Shown: positions 9,419 to 18,342 of the stretch, piece by piece
Numbering within the stretch: the stretch's first letter is position 1
Layout of the letters: every line of letters begins with the position of its first letter
Source of the DNA: Acidimicrobiia bacterium
GTDB lineage: Bacteria; Actinomycetota; Acidimicrobiia; IMCC26256; BP-133
Direction of reading: 5' to 3'
Assembly: GCA_044870155.1 (NCBI GenBank)
Contig: JBIOYN010000289.1
Span: forward strand, 1 to 52,004
DNA: 52,004 nucleotides
Translations under genes and position numbers: made by a program
Notes under the pieces: model-generated
The model's input: only the letters and a program-made list of their open reading frames with translations
Database searches by the model: none
Told to the model about the DNA's origin: nothing

Positions 9419-9937
9419 TCATTTGTTGCGCGGGTGGATGTCGACGGCCACCCGGAGCCGCCCGTCGAGGCCGAGATCGCGCAGGTGCGCGTGGGCGGCC
9501 TCCTCCAGCCGGGGTCGCAGCTCGTCCGGGGGAGCGACGGTGGCAGCAACGACCCGTGCTCGCCGCCGCCGGATCCTGGCCGTGGCCGTCGCCACCCCGG
9601 TCTCGTTGCCCACCGTGCGGGCCAGGGCCCGCTCGAGGCTGCGCCGGGCGACGCCGGCGCGGGCCACGCCGGGTTCGAGGGGAATGCTGCGGGGCCGGGG
9701 CTTGACCACCTGGAGGATGACCATGATCGCCCCCGCCAGGGCGAGGGCCAGGAACAGCGTCCGGGCGCCGGATGAGTCCCAATGGTTGGTGCGGGCGCTC
9801 CGGTACCAGCTGTCATAGGGGACGAGCCACGGACCCCGGCCGGCGCTGGCCAGGGCGATCTCGATGATCACCACCACGCCGCCGGCGGCGAGGCCGAGCG
9901 CCGCGGCCACGGCCAGCACGCGGTTGACGATTCTCAC
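9419..9937 (-). CDS. DUF6286-like membrane protein of Asp23 clusters
   Basis: 172 aa. GTG start with GGAGG upstream. Two TM helices and an Arg-rich soluble tail. Its position between Asp23 and AmaP is typical of actinobacterial Asp23 loci (from memory). Confidence 0.65.
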   Translation of the reverse strand: MRIVNRVLAVAAALGLAAGGVVVIIEIALASAGRGPWLVPYDSWYRSARTNHWDSSGARTLFLALALAGAIMVILQVVKPRPRSIPLEPGVARAGVARRSLERALARTVGNETGVATATARIRRRRARVVAATVAPPDELRPRLEEAAHAHLRDLGLDGRLRVAVDIHPRNK

Positions 9938-9941
9938 GGCG

Positions 9942-10319
9942 TCACCTCCGCAACCTCCGGGGGGCGGGCAGGATGAGCTCGGGGACGGCGATGTTGACCT
10001 CCCGGACGGTTGTCCCCGTCAACGCGCCGACGCGCTCGGCGACGTGGCGGCGGACCCGGTCGGCCACCTGGCGCACCGGCTCGGGGTAGGCCACGTTGAA
10101 GGTGAGGTCGAGCACCAGGCCCTCGTCGTCGACTTCCACCGAGGCGTCGGCGGGGGCACCACTGGTCCAGGGCAGGAGCCGGTCGAGGCCGGTCTTGACC
10201 TCACCCTCCACTCCGGTCACCTCGCTGGCCGCACGCGCCGCCATCCGTTCGAACACGGCGGGGGCGATGGTGGTCTCCCCGCGCTGGCTGACGGCCGGAG
10301 GCTCCTCGAGCGTGCTCAC
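9942..10319 (-). CDS. Asp23/Gls24 family envelope stress protein
   Basis: 125 aa from GTG at 10319. Motifs TIAPAVFERMAARAASEVTGV ... LDLTFNVAYPEP ... REVNIAV. The start overlaps the upstream stop by 4 nt (GTGA). Confidence 0.8.
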   Translation of the reverse strand: MSTLEEPPAVSQRGETTIAPAVFERMAARAASEVTGVEGEVKTGLDRLLPWTSGAPADASVEVDDEGLVLDLTFNVAYPEPVRQVADRVRRHVAERVGALTGTTVREVNIAVPELILPAPRRLRR

Positions 10320-10510
10320 CGCCGCGTTGTCGACCGGCCGGCCCGCCCACCCAGGAACTCCGAGAGGTCGAGCTCGCCGTCGATGACCTTGGGAGTGAGG
10401 TACCCGAGGAGGCCCGCGAAGGCGACGACCAGCATCGCCCCGAAGCCCTCGAGAACGAGGGCGAGGCCGAGAATCAGGCCGACGAGAAGGCCGACGGTCG
10501 TGGTCTGCAT
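10316..10510 (-). CDS. DUF2273-like small membrane protein
   Basis: 64 aa from ATG at 10510, preceded by GGAGGAG. Two hydrophobic helices. Embedded in the Asp23 operon. Confidence 0.65.
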   Translation of the reverse strand: MQTTTVGLLVGLILGLALVLEGFGAMLVVAFAGLLGYLTPKVIDGELDLSEFLGGRAGRSTTRR

Positions 10511-10530
10511 GCTGTTCTCCTCCAAGGAAG

Positions 10531-10872
10531 TCAGCCGCCGTCCGGTAAGAAGATCTGAGCGCCCTCGCCGGCGCCGGGGACGTCGACGTCATCTACGTGC
10601 ACGTCGATGGGGAGCCCGCCGGCGGCCGGGCTCACGGCGGCGCGCACCTCGGCGGCCAGCTCCGGCACCCGGACCCCCCAACAGGCCACGACGTGCACCT
10701 CGATCTGGCCGCCCGCCAACCGGACACCGGGGACGCGCCGGCCGGGCAGGTAGGTCGCCACCTCCCCGAACGGTCCGGCGGAGAGGCGGGCCACGGAGCG
10801 GCAGCTCTCCACCCGCTCGGCCACCGCCTCGGCGTCGATGGCGTCGATGAGTCCGGTGGGTCGGTCGGTCAC
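10531..10872 (-). CDS. Asp23/Gls24 family protein (short)
   Basis: 113 aa from GTG at 10872, which overlaps the stop of the upstream Asp23 gene (GTGA). Contains VAERVESCRSVARLSAGPFGEVATYL ... IEVHVVA. Confidence 0.75.
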   Translation of the reverse strand: MTDRPTGLIDAIDAEAVAERVESCRSVARLSAGPFGEVATYLPGRRVPGVRLAGGQIEVHVVACWGVRVPELAAEVRAAVSPAAGGLPIDVHVDDVDVPGAGEGAQIFLPDGG

Positions 10873-11333
10873 GGCAGCCGCTGGTTCCCGCCGTCCTCGT
10901 TGTCGCCGTCGTCCAGCCAGATGTCGTCGACCGCGATGTTCACCTCGGTCACCGCCAGTCCCGTCATGCGCTCCACGCGCTGGATGACGTTGTTGCGGAC
11001 CGAACGGGACAGGTCGGGAATGGACACGCCGTACTCGACGACCAGGTCCAGGTCGATGGAGGCGTCGGTCTCGCCGACCTCGACGCTCACCCCCTGGGTC
11101 GGGGCGGGCGTGCTGGGGCCCACCGGGAGCATCTCCTTGAGCGCTCCCAGGGCCCGGGCGGCGCCGGCGCCCATCTGGTGGACACCAGAGACCTCGCGGG
11201 CGGCGATCCCGGCGATCTTGGCCACCACGGAGTCCGCCACCGTGGTCGTGCCGTGCTCGGTCTGGAGCTCGCCCTTGTTGCCACCGCTGTCGGTGCGCTC
11301 CTTGGTGGCGGACGCGGTGCCTGCCTGTGCCAT
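10869..11333 (-). CDS. Asp23/Gls24 family envelope stress protein
   Basis: 154 aa from ATG at 11333 with GGGAGGG upstream. Contains TTVADSVVAKIAGIAAREVSGVH ... IDLDLVVEYGVSIPD ... VTEVNIAV. The remaining 343 codons of the listed ORF are antisense to the MBL gene. Confidence 0.85.
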   Translation of the reverse strand: MAQAGTASATKERTDSGGNKGELQTEHGTTTVADSVVAKIAGIAAREVSGVHQMGAGAARALGALKEMLPVGPSTPAPTQGVSVEVGETDASIDLDLVVEYGVSIPDLSRSVRNNVIQRVERMTGLAVTEVNIAVDDIWLDDGDNEDGGNQRLP

Positions 11334-11498
11334 CGGACCCTCCCGTTGGTCTCTCTTTGGTGCGGTTTGTGCCTTTCGATCCGGCCCGGCTCCTACCCGC
11401 CGGCGGTCCGGCAAAACGTCGGAATCTGACGTTGCCGACCCCTCCCATCGCCGCTTACCGTTGCCGGCGTCGGGGGCGCCGGGGACCGGGGGGCGGCA

Positions 11499-12521
11499 AT
11501 GTGCCTGGCTGAGGTCTGTGACGGGGGCACGCATGCGGTGTCGCGCCGGGACGTGCTGCGGGCGGGCATCGCCGGCGGCACACTGGCCCTGGGCGCGCCA
11601 CTCGCCTTCCCCGGGGTGGCGGCCGGCGCCGAGCGGGCCACTCCGGTCCGGTCCCGACGCTCCCGGACCGTCCGCCTGACCTGGTTCGGGACCAGCGGCT
11701 GGAAGATCGAGTTCGAAGCCGGCGGGATCCCGCGGACGGTCCTCTTCGATCCCTACCTGGCCCGATTCGAAACCGGCTTCTTCCGCAACGCCTTCGACCC
11801 CGGGACACCGCTCCAACCCGCCGACCCGGCCCTGATCGAACGCCACGTTCCCGCCTCCGTCGACCACATCCTCATCGGCCACGGTCACTGGGACCACCTG
11901 GCCGACGTGCCCGCCATCCAGCGGCGGACCAACGCCATGGTCATCGGCTCCGAGACCCACTGGCACCTGCTGCGGGCCTTCGGCCTGCCCGACCCCAAGC
12001 TCGTCATCGTGGAGGGCGGCGAGGTCATGGCCTTTGACGGCTACTGCATCGAGGTGTTCACCGGTCTGCACTCGATGGGGCCGCTGAAGAAGTTCGCCCT
12101 CCCCGGGCATCTCCTCTCCGACCCCGAGCCACCGCGGGTGGTGGGTGACCTCCCGGAGGGCGACTCGCTCTGCTACCTCCTCGCCATCGACGATGGCCCG
12201 TCCGTGTTCCTCATGTCCAGCGCCAACTTCGTCGAGCGCGCCCTGGCCGGGATCCGCCCTGACGCCGCCCTGGTGGCCGGCATCTTCCGGGGGCAGATCG
12301 CCGGCTACGCCCGGCGTCTGACCCGGGCGCTCGGCCACCCGAAGGTCCTGCTCCCCACCCATTGGGACAACTTCGAGCGCCCTTACTCCGACGGTCCCCG
12401 GGACCTCAGCGACGTGTTCGGCGAATCCGGCTCGCTCGACGCCTTCGTGCGGGAGTTGAAGCAGGCGTCGCCCCGGAGCCGCGTCGTCGTCCTCGACTTC
12501 TTCGAGCCTTTCGACCTCTGA
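11499..12521 (+). CDS. MBL-fold metallo-hydrolase with twin-arginine signal
   Basis: HxHxDH motif (IGHGHWDH). Tat-like SRRDVLRAGIAGG followed by AxA. The start may be GTG at 11538. Confidence 0.8.
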   Translation: MCLAEVCDGGTHAVSRRDVLRAGIAGGTLALGAPLAFPGVAAGAERATPVRSRRSRTVRLTWFGTSGWKIEFEAGGIPRTVLFDPYLARFETGFFRNAFDPGTPLQPADPALIERHVPASVDHILIGHGHWDHLADVPAIQRRTNAMVIGSETHWHLLRAFGLPDPKLVIVEGGEVMAFDGYCIEVFTGLHSMGPLKKFALPGHLLSDPEPPRVVGDLPEGDSLCYLLAIDDGPSVFLMSSANFVERALAGIRPDAALVAGIFRGQIAGYARRLTRALGHPKVLLPTHWDNFERPYSDGPRDLSDVFGESGSLDAFVRELKQASPRSRVVVLDFFEPFDL

Positions 12522-12657
12522 TCGTCCGCCCCGGGGCTGGGCCCCCTGGGCGGGGGGTGGCGCCCGCCCGCAGATTCGCCCACTTTGTCACCCGGATATC
12601 GCCAGATTGCGTCGCCGCCACCTGCCGGGCCCGCCCCACCCGCCGATATAAACGGTC

Positions 12658-15429
12658 GTGACCCTGCTCGGCCTGACGGAGTGGCTGGAGCTCGAGGTGT
12701 TCGTCCTCCTGGCCCTGATGTCGCTGGCAAAGTGGCGCCGGCGGCGGGAGCCGGCCGCGGGCTGGCTCGCGCTCACCTTCGCCCTGCTGGGGGGCATCCT
12801 GCTCGCCGACCGGTTCGTCCCGCTGTCGGCCAAGGCCCTGGGCGACTGGTTCTGGTTCGACCGGGTCCTCATCGTGGATCTCGCCCTGGTTCCCTACTGC
12901 CTGCACCGCTTCACGTCGGCGTTCCTGCAGACGCCCCGGCGGGCGAGGATGGTGGCCGGAGCGGGGACGGCCCTCTTCGCCGCCATCGCCTTCGTCCTCC
13001 CTGAGATCCCGGGGGGGCACCCGCGGGACTGGCCGTGGTGGTACGCCCTCTACGTCGCCTGGTTCCTGGCCGGGTGGACGGCCCTGTCGTCCCTCTCCGT
13101 CGTCCGCCTGTGGCGGGGGGGCCGGGGCCAGCCGACCGTCATCCGCCAGCGGATGCGGATGCTGGCCATCGCCGCCGTCGTCCTCAACGCCACGCTGTTC
13201 CTGCTGGCCAACTCCAGCGACCATGCCTGGACGGGCCTGGCCAGCTCGGTCCTGTTCCTGGCCGGCTTCGCCCCCCCGCCGGCCCTGCGGGCCCGGTGGC
13301 GGCGCCCGGAGGTGGAGGCCTTCCGCCGGGCCGAGGCCGACCTCATGGGGGCCGACACCACCGAGTCCGTCACCACCCTCATGCTCCCCCACGCCGCCCG
13401 GCTCGTCGGCGCCCCGGCCGCGGTGCTGGTCGGCGACGACGGCGGGGTGCGGGCCGCCCACGGCATCACGGGCCCGGAGGCGGACGACCTGGTCCGGCGG
13501 CTTCCGGCCCCCTCCGACGGGAGTGACGAAGGGCCCGTCGTCGGGCGGGACATCGTGGCCGTGCGGGTCCGGTCGGGCTGGCTGGCGGTGGCCACCACGG
13601 CGGCCACGCCCTTCTTCGGCATCGATGAGCTCGGCCTCCTCCAGACGTTGGCCCACCTCGCCGGCCTCGCCCTCGATCGGGCCGAGCTGTTCGACCGGGA
13701 GCGCACCTCCCGCCAGGTCCTGGCCGAGCGGGAGTTCCAGCTGGCCGAAGCCCAGCGGACGGCCCGGCTCGGCAGTTACACGTGGGACACGGCGTCGGGG
13801 ACGGCGGTGTGGTCCGACGAGATGTACCGGGTCCTCGGATTCACGCCGGGCGAGGTCACCAACCACGGCGAGGCCTTCGCCTCCCGCCTCCACCCCGACG
13901 ACCGGGAGCGGGTCATCGAGGTGTGGCGGGCCGCGCCCGGGATCACAGAGCCGACGTCGATCGAGTACCGCATCGTCCTGCCCGACGGGGGGATCCGATG
14001 GGTATACGGCCAGGTCTCCCCCGCCCTGGACGCCGGCGGCGCGGTCCGTCGCCTCATCGGGACGATCCAGGACGTCACCGAACGCAAGCTGGCCGAGGAG
14101 GCCATCGTCTTCCAGGCCGGCCACGACGACCTCACCCAGCTCCCCAACCGGGCCCTGTTCCTCGACCGCCTGGGGCAGGTCCTCACCCGGCGCAGCCGGC
14201 ACCCGTCGGGGGTGGCCGTGCTCTTCCTCGACCTGGACCGGTTCAAGTGGCTCAACGACAGCCTGGGCCACGCCGCCGGCGACGAGCTGCTGATGGAGGT
14301 GGCCGCCCGCCTGCGCGACACCATGCGGGCCGAGGACACCGTGGCCCGCTTCGGGGGCGACGAGTTCGTGGTGCTGTGCCAGGACGTCGCCGACCAGGCC
14401 GAGGCCGAGGCCCTGGCCGGCCGGCTGGCCGCCGTCCTCGCCGCCCCCATCGTGGTCGCCGGCGAGGAGACCACGGTCACGGTCAGCATCGGGATCGCCT
14501 ACGCCCCGCCCGCAAGCTCGGGGGAGACGCCGGGGTCGCTCGTCCGCGACGCCGACGCCGCCATGTACCGGGCCAAGGAGCAGGGCCGGAACCGCCACGC
14601 CGTGTTCGACGTGACCACCCTGGAGCTGGCGCTGGTTCGTCACGAGACCGTCAACGCCCTGCGCCGGGGCATCGAGCGGGGTGAGCTCGTGGTGCACTAC
14701 CAGCCCGCCCTCGACCTCACCACCGGGCGCGTGGTGGGAGTCGAGGGACTGGTCCGCTGGGACCACCCCCAGCGCGGCCTCCTCCCACCGGGCGAGTTCA
14801 TCGCCCTGGCCGAGGAGACGGGACTCGTCGTCCCCCTCGGGACCGAGGTCCTGGCCACCGCCTGCCGGCAGGTCACCGCCTGGCAGCGCCATGGCCAGTG
14901 CGCCGAAGACCTGTGGCTCTCGGTCAACCTGGCCGTCCGCCAGCTGCTGGCCGCCGACCTGTGCGCCGTCGTCGAGGACGCGCTGGCCGACTCCGGCCTG
15001 GCCCCGCACCGGCTCTGCCTGGAGATCACCGAGAGCGCCCTGCTGGAGGACAGCGAATCCTCCACCCGGGTCCTCAACCGCCTCAAGATGCTGGGGGTGC
15101 GCATCGGCGTCGACGACTTCGGGACGGGGTTCTCGTCGCTCACGTATCTCAAGCGGTTCCCCGTCGACGTGCTCAAGATCGACCGGTCCTTCGTGGCCGG
15201 CCTGTGCCTGGACCCTCAGGACCGGGCCATCGTGGCCAGCGTCATCGACCTGGCCCACGCCTTCGGGCTGACCACCACGGCCGAGGGTGTGGAGACCGAC
15301 GAGCAGCTGGCCCAGCTCCGGGCCCTGGGCTGCGAGCAGGGCCAGGGGTACCTCTGGAGCCGCCCGCTCCCCGCCGACGCCGCCGGCCGGTGGCTCGCCG
15401 AGCGTGCCGTCGGGGTTTCTTCGCGCTAG
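12658..15429 (+). CDS. multi-TM sensor, GAF-like/PAS/GGDEF/EAL diguanylate cyclase-phosphodiesterase
   Basis: About 6-7 N-terminal TM helices and a PAS domain (GSYTWDTASGTAVWSDEMYRVLGF). Intact GGDEF (RFGGDEF) with I-site RAED 5 aa upstream. EAL-domain motifs EGLVRW, NLAVRQL, EITES, DDFGTGFSSL, KIDRSF, EGVE, QGY. Confidence 0.9.
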   Translation: MTLLGLTEWLELEVFVLLALMSLAKWRRRREPAAGWLALTFALLGGILLADRFVPLSAKALGDWFWFDRVLIVDLALVPYCLHRFTSAFLQTPRRARMVAGAGTALFAAIAFVLPEIPGGHPRDWPWWYALYVAWFLAGWTALSSLSVVRLWRGGRGQPTVIRQRMRMLAIAAVVLNATLFLLANSSDHAWTGLASSVLFLAGFAPPPALRARWRRPEVEAFRRAEADLMGADTTESVTTLMLPHAARLVGAPAAVLVGDDGGVRAAHGITGPEADDLVRRLPAPSDGSDEGPVVGRDIVAVRVRSGWLAVATTAATPFFGIDELGLLQTLAHLAGLALDRAELFDRERTSRQVLAEREFQLAEAQRTARLGSYTWDTASGTAVWSDEMYRVLGFTPGEVTNHGEAFASRLHPDDRERVIEVWRAAPGITEPTSIEYRIVLPDGGIRWVYGQVSPALDAGGAVRRLIGTIQDVTERKLAEEAIVFQAGHDDLTQLPNRALFLDRLGQVLTRRSRHPSGVAVLFLDLDRFKWLNDSLGHAAGDELLMEVAARLRDTMRAEDTVARFGGDEFVVLCQDVADQAEAEALAGRLAAVLAAPIVVAGEETTVTVSIGIAYAPPASSGETPGSLVRDADAAMYRAKEQGRNRHAVFDVTTLELALVRHETVNALRRGIERGELVVHYQPALDLTTGRVVGVEGLVRWDHPQRGLLPPGEFIALAEETGLVVPLGTEVLATACRQVTAWQRHGQCAEDLWLSVNLAVRQLLAADLCAVVEDALADSGLAPHRLCLEITESALLEDSESSTRVLNRLKMLGVRIGVDDFGTGFSSLTYLKRFPVDVLKIDRSFVAGLCLDPQDRAIVASVIDLAHAFGLTTTAEGVETDEQLAQLRALGCEQGQGYLWSRPLPADAAGRWLAERAVGVSSR

Positions 15430-15466
15430 CCCTCAACTTCCGCCCACGGCGGCCGACAGAAAGTGC

Positions 15467-15934
15467 ATGGCCGCCAACGAAGAAGGATCCGTCATCGACA
15501 CCCAGACCGGGCTCCCCAACCGGGGATGCTGGGATGCCATGCTCGAAGCCGAGGCGCTGCGCACCGCCCGCCACGGTGGGCGCCACGGACTCATCCGGGT
15601 CGTCCTGCGCCAGCCCGGGATCGACGGAGCTCTGGCCCAGAAGGTGGCCGCGCTGCTGGGCGCCACGCTGCGGGAGGTCGACGTCCTGGCCCGGCTCGAC
15701 GACGCCGAGTTCGGGATCCTGGCCCTGCACTGCGACTCACTCGAGACGGTGACGAACCGCCTCCGCCACCTCCTGGCGGGCGCCACCCCGTCCGTCCCCG
15801 CCGTCTTCTCGGCCCGGACTGCCGGCGCCGACCTGCAGGCCGTCTGGACGCAGCTGGAGACCGGTGCCCGGCCCGAGATCAACGGGATGCCCTACGTCGA
15901 CTTCGTGGCCCGCACCCAGCCCTGCCTGAACTGA
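15467..15934 (+). CDS. stand-alone degenerate GGDEF domain protein (DDAEF) retaining an RxxD I-site
   Basis: 155 aa from ATG at 15467. Contains TGLPNRGCW ... LREVDVLARLDDAEFGILAL, so GGDEF is replaced by DDAEF and REVD sits exactly 5 residues upstream. The upstream part of the listed ORF overlaps the previous gene out of frame. Confidence 0.65.
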   Translation: MAANEEGSVIDTQTGLPNRGCWDAMLEAEALRTARHGGRHGLIRVVLRQPGIDGALAQKVAALLGATLREVDVLARLDDAEFGILALHCDSLETVTNRLRHLLAGATPSVPAVFSARTAGADLQAVWTQLETGARPEINGMPYVDFVARTQPCLN

Positions 15935-15954
15935 CCCGGCCGTAGGCTGGGGTC

Positions 15955-16848
15955 GTGCGGATCGTGTCGCTGATCCCTTCGGCCACGGAGATCCTCTTCG
16001 CCGTGGGCGCCGGCGACGAGGTGGTGGGCGTCACGTTCGAGTGCGACCACCCGCCCGAGGCCCGCTCCCGGCGGGTGGTGTCCAACACCGCCCTGCCCGA
16101 GGGCCTGACGCCGGCCCAGATCGACGCCGAGGTCAGCGCCCGGGTGGCCGCCGGCGAGGACATCTACCGCCTCGATGCCGGCGCCCTGGCCGAGCTCGAT
16201 CCCGAGGTCATCGTCACCCAGGACCTGTGCGCGGTGTGCGCCGTGAGCGTGGCCGGCGTCGACGAGGCCCTCGACCACCTGGGGTGTCACGCCGAGGTCA
16301 TCACGCTCGACCCCATGACCCTGGAGGAGGTCCTCGGCTCCATCCTGCGAGTGGGCGAGGTCACGGGCCGGACCGAGGCGGCCCGCCAACTGGTCGGCGA
16401 GCTTCGGGCCCGCCTGGCGGCCGTCGCCACCGCCGTCGCCGGCCGGCCCCGGCCCCGGATCGCCGTGCTGGAGTGGACGGACCCGCCCTACTCGTCGGGG
16501 CACTGGGTTCCTGACATGGTGGCCGCCGCCGGGGCCACGTCGGTGCTGGGCGCCGCCGGCGAGCGGTCCCGGCGCATCGGGTGGGGCGAGGTCGCCGCCG
16601 GACGGCCGGATCTCGTGGTCGTCGCCCCCTGCGGCTATCGCCTGGACCCCGCCGCCCTGCTGGCGGAGAAGATCGTGGCCGCCGGCGTCCTCCCGCCCGG
16701 GGTCCCGGTGTGGGCCGTCGACGCCGACGCCGTCTTCGTGCGCCCCGGGCCCCGGCTGGTCGACGGCGTGGAGGCCCTGGCCGCCATCGCCCACCCCGGA
16801 GCGCTGCCCCCACGGGACGACATGGCCCGTCCGCTGGCGGGTACCTAG
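15955..16848 (+). CDS. BtuF/TroA-like (class III) substrate-binding protein without signal peptide
   Basis: The N-terminus MRIVSLIPSATEILFAVGAGDEVVGVT is the first beta-alpha unit of the cobalamin/siderophore-type binding fold. An in-frame TAG lies 12 nt upstream of the GTG start, so no signal peptide can be added. Confidence 0.75.
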   Translation: MRIVSLIPSATEILFAVGAGDEVVGVTFECDHPPEARSRRVVSNTALPEGLTPAQIDAEVSARVAAGEDIYRLDAGALAELDPEVIVTQDLCAVCAVSVAGVDEALDHLGCHAEVITLDPMTLEEVLGSILRVGEVTGRTEAARQLVGELRARLAAVATAVAGRPRPRIAVLEWTDPPYSSGHWVPDMVAAAGATSVLGAAGERSRRIGWGEVAAGRPDLVVVAPCGYRLDPAALLAEKIVAAGVLPPGVPVWAVDADAVFVRPGPRLVDGVEALAAIAHPGALPPRDDMARPLAGT

Positions 16849-16932
16849 TCCCGACCCGGGCCAGAACCGCCCGACCGGGCTATGGAAAACGCGGGCTCCC
16901 GGCGTTGAAATTGAGGTGACACGAGGAGCACG

Positions 16933-18342
16933 GTGAGCCCGAGACCGGCGGACCCGCAGCTGAGGACGGCCCCGGCCGCTTCCTCCGAGGGCACTGCGCT
17001 CCGCGCCGCCCTGGCGCAGGCCCAGACCCGGATCGCCGTGCTCGAGGGCCTGCTGCGGGAGCAGGCCACCACCGACGCCCTGACCGGCCTCCCCAACCAG
17101 ATCATCTTCGGCCCCCGGGTGGAGGAGGCGCTGGCCCGGGCCGAGACCGGCGGGCACATGGTGGCGGTGGCCTTCGTCGACCTCGACCGCTTCCGCACCG
17201 TCAACGACGTCCTCGGTCATGCCTCCGGCGACAAGTTGCTCCAGCAGGTCGCCGAGCGTCTGGTGGGCGGGCTCGGGCGAGGGAACGTGTTCCGGATGGC
17301 GGGCGACGAGTTCGTCCTCCTGCGGGAGGACGTGGGCCGGCGCGAGGACCCGAGCCGGTGCTTCGACCGGGTGCGGACCGCCCTCCAGCGGCCCTTCGTG
17401 TGCGACGGCCACGAGCTGTTCGTCTCCGCCAGCATCGGCATCGCCCTCTACCCCTACGACGGCGAGGACGTCGGCACCCTGGTGAAGAACGCCGACTGCG
17501 CCATGTTCCGGGCCAAGGAGCGGGGCGGAGACACCGCCGAGTGCTACTCCCAGGGCCTGTTCGAGGAGGCCCGCCGGCGGCTCCTGCTGGAACGCAGCCT
17601 GCGCCAGGCGCTCGACAGAGACGAGATCGTGCTCGAGTACCAGCCCCAGATGGATCTGGGCACGGGGCGGATCGTGGGCCTGGAGGCGCTGGCCCGCTGG
17701 CGCCACCCCGACCTCGGCCTGCTGTGGCCCGGTGCCTTCATGCCCCTGGCCGAGGAGACGGGCCTGGTGAACCCCATCGGGGAGCGGATCCTGGAGATGG
17801 CCTGCGCCCAGGCCGGCGTCTGGGCGGCCATCGACGCCGACCTGCGGGTGTGGGTCAACCTCTCGGCCCGCCAGTTCCACCACGGCGACCTGCCCGCCCT
17901 CGTCGCCCGTACCCTGGAGCACTGCGGCCTGCCCGGCTCCCAGCTCGGCGTCGAGATCACCGAGAGCTTCGCCATGCGCCATCCGGCCGAGGCCGCCGCC
18001 GTCCTCCAGCGGGTGGCGTCCATGGGCGTCAGGACCGCACTCGATGACTTCGGGACCGGCTACTCGTCCCTCGCCTACCTCAGCCGCTTTCCCATCGACG
18101 TCCTCAAGCTCGATCGCTCGTTCGTGCAGAGCGCGCCCGCCCAGGCCGGCGACGCCGCCATCGCCCGGGCCATCATCTTGCTGGCCCACGGGCTCCAGCT
18201 GACGGTGGTGGCCGAAGGGGTAGAGACCCTCCAACAGCAGGCCTTCCTGCGCCGCGAAGGGTGCGACCAGGCCCAGGGCTTCCTCCTGGGCCGGCCGGTG
18301 GGTCCGGCGGTGGTGCCCGGCCTGCTCATGGCGGCGAGCTGA
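16933..18342 (+). CDS. GGDEF(AGDEF)-EAL domain protein
   Basis: Coiled-coil N-terminus. GGDEF domain with the MAGDEF variant and no RxxD. EAL-domain motifs LEALARW, NLSARQF, EITES, DDFGTGYSSL, KLDRSF, EGVE, QGF. Confidence 0.9.
   Translation: MSPRPADPQLRTAPAASSEGTALRAALAQAQTRIAVLEGLLREQATTDALTGLPNQIIFGPRVEEALARAETGGHMVAVAFVDLDRFRTVNDVLGHASGDKLLQQVAERLVGGLGRGNVFRMAGDEFVLLREDVGRREDPSRCFDRVRTALQRPFVCDGHELFVSASIGIALYPYDGEDVGTLVKNADCAMFRAKERGGDTAECYSQGLFEEARRRLLLERSLRQALDRDEIVLEYQPQMDLGTGRIVGLEALARWRHPDLGLLWPGAFMPLAEETGLVNPIGERILEMACAQAGVWAAIDADLRVWVNLSARQFHHGDLPALVARTLEHCGLPGSQLGVEITESFAMRHPAEAAAVLQRVASMGVRTALDDFGTGYSSLAYLSRFPIDVLKLDRSFVQSAPAQAGDAAIARAIILLAHGLQLTVVAEGVETLQQQAFLRREGCDQAQGFLLGRPVGPAVVPGLLMAAS

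Noticed and set aside
9403-12362. Long N-terminal extensions of the Asp23-operon ORFs (8815..9816, 9942..10592, 10531..11448, 10869..12362)
   Set aside because: The extensions overlap the upstream genes in other frames. Internal starts with Shine-Dalgarno sequences or GTGA overlaps give proteins of the expected family sizes.
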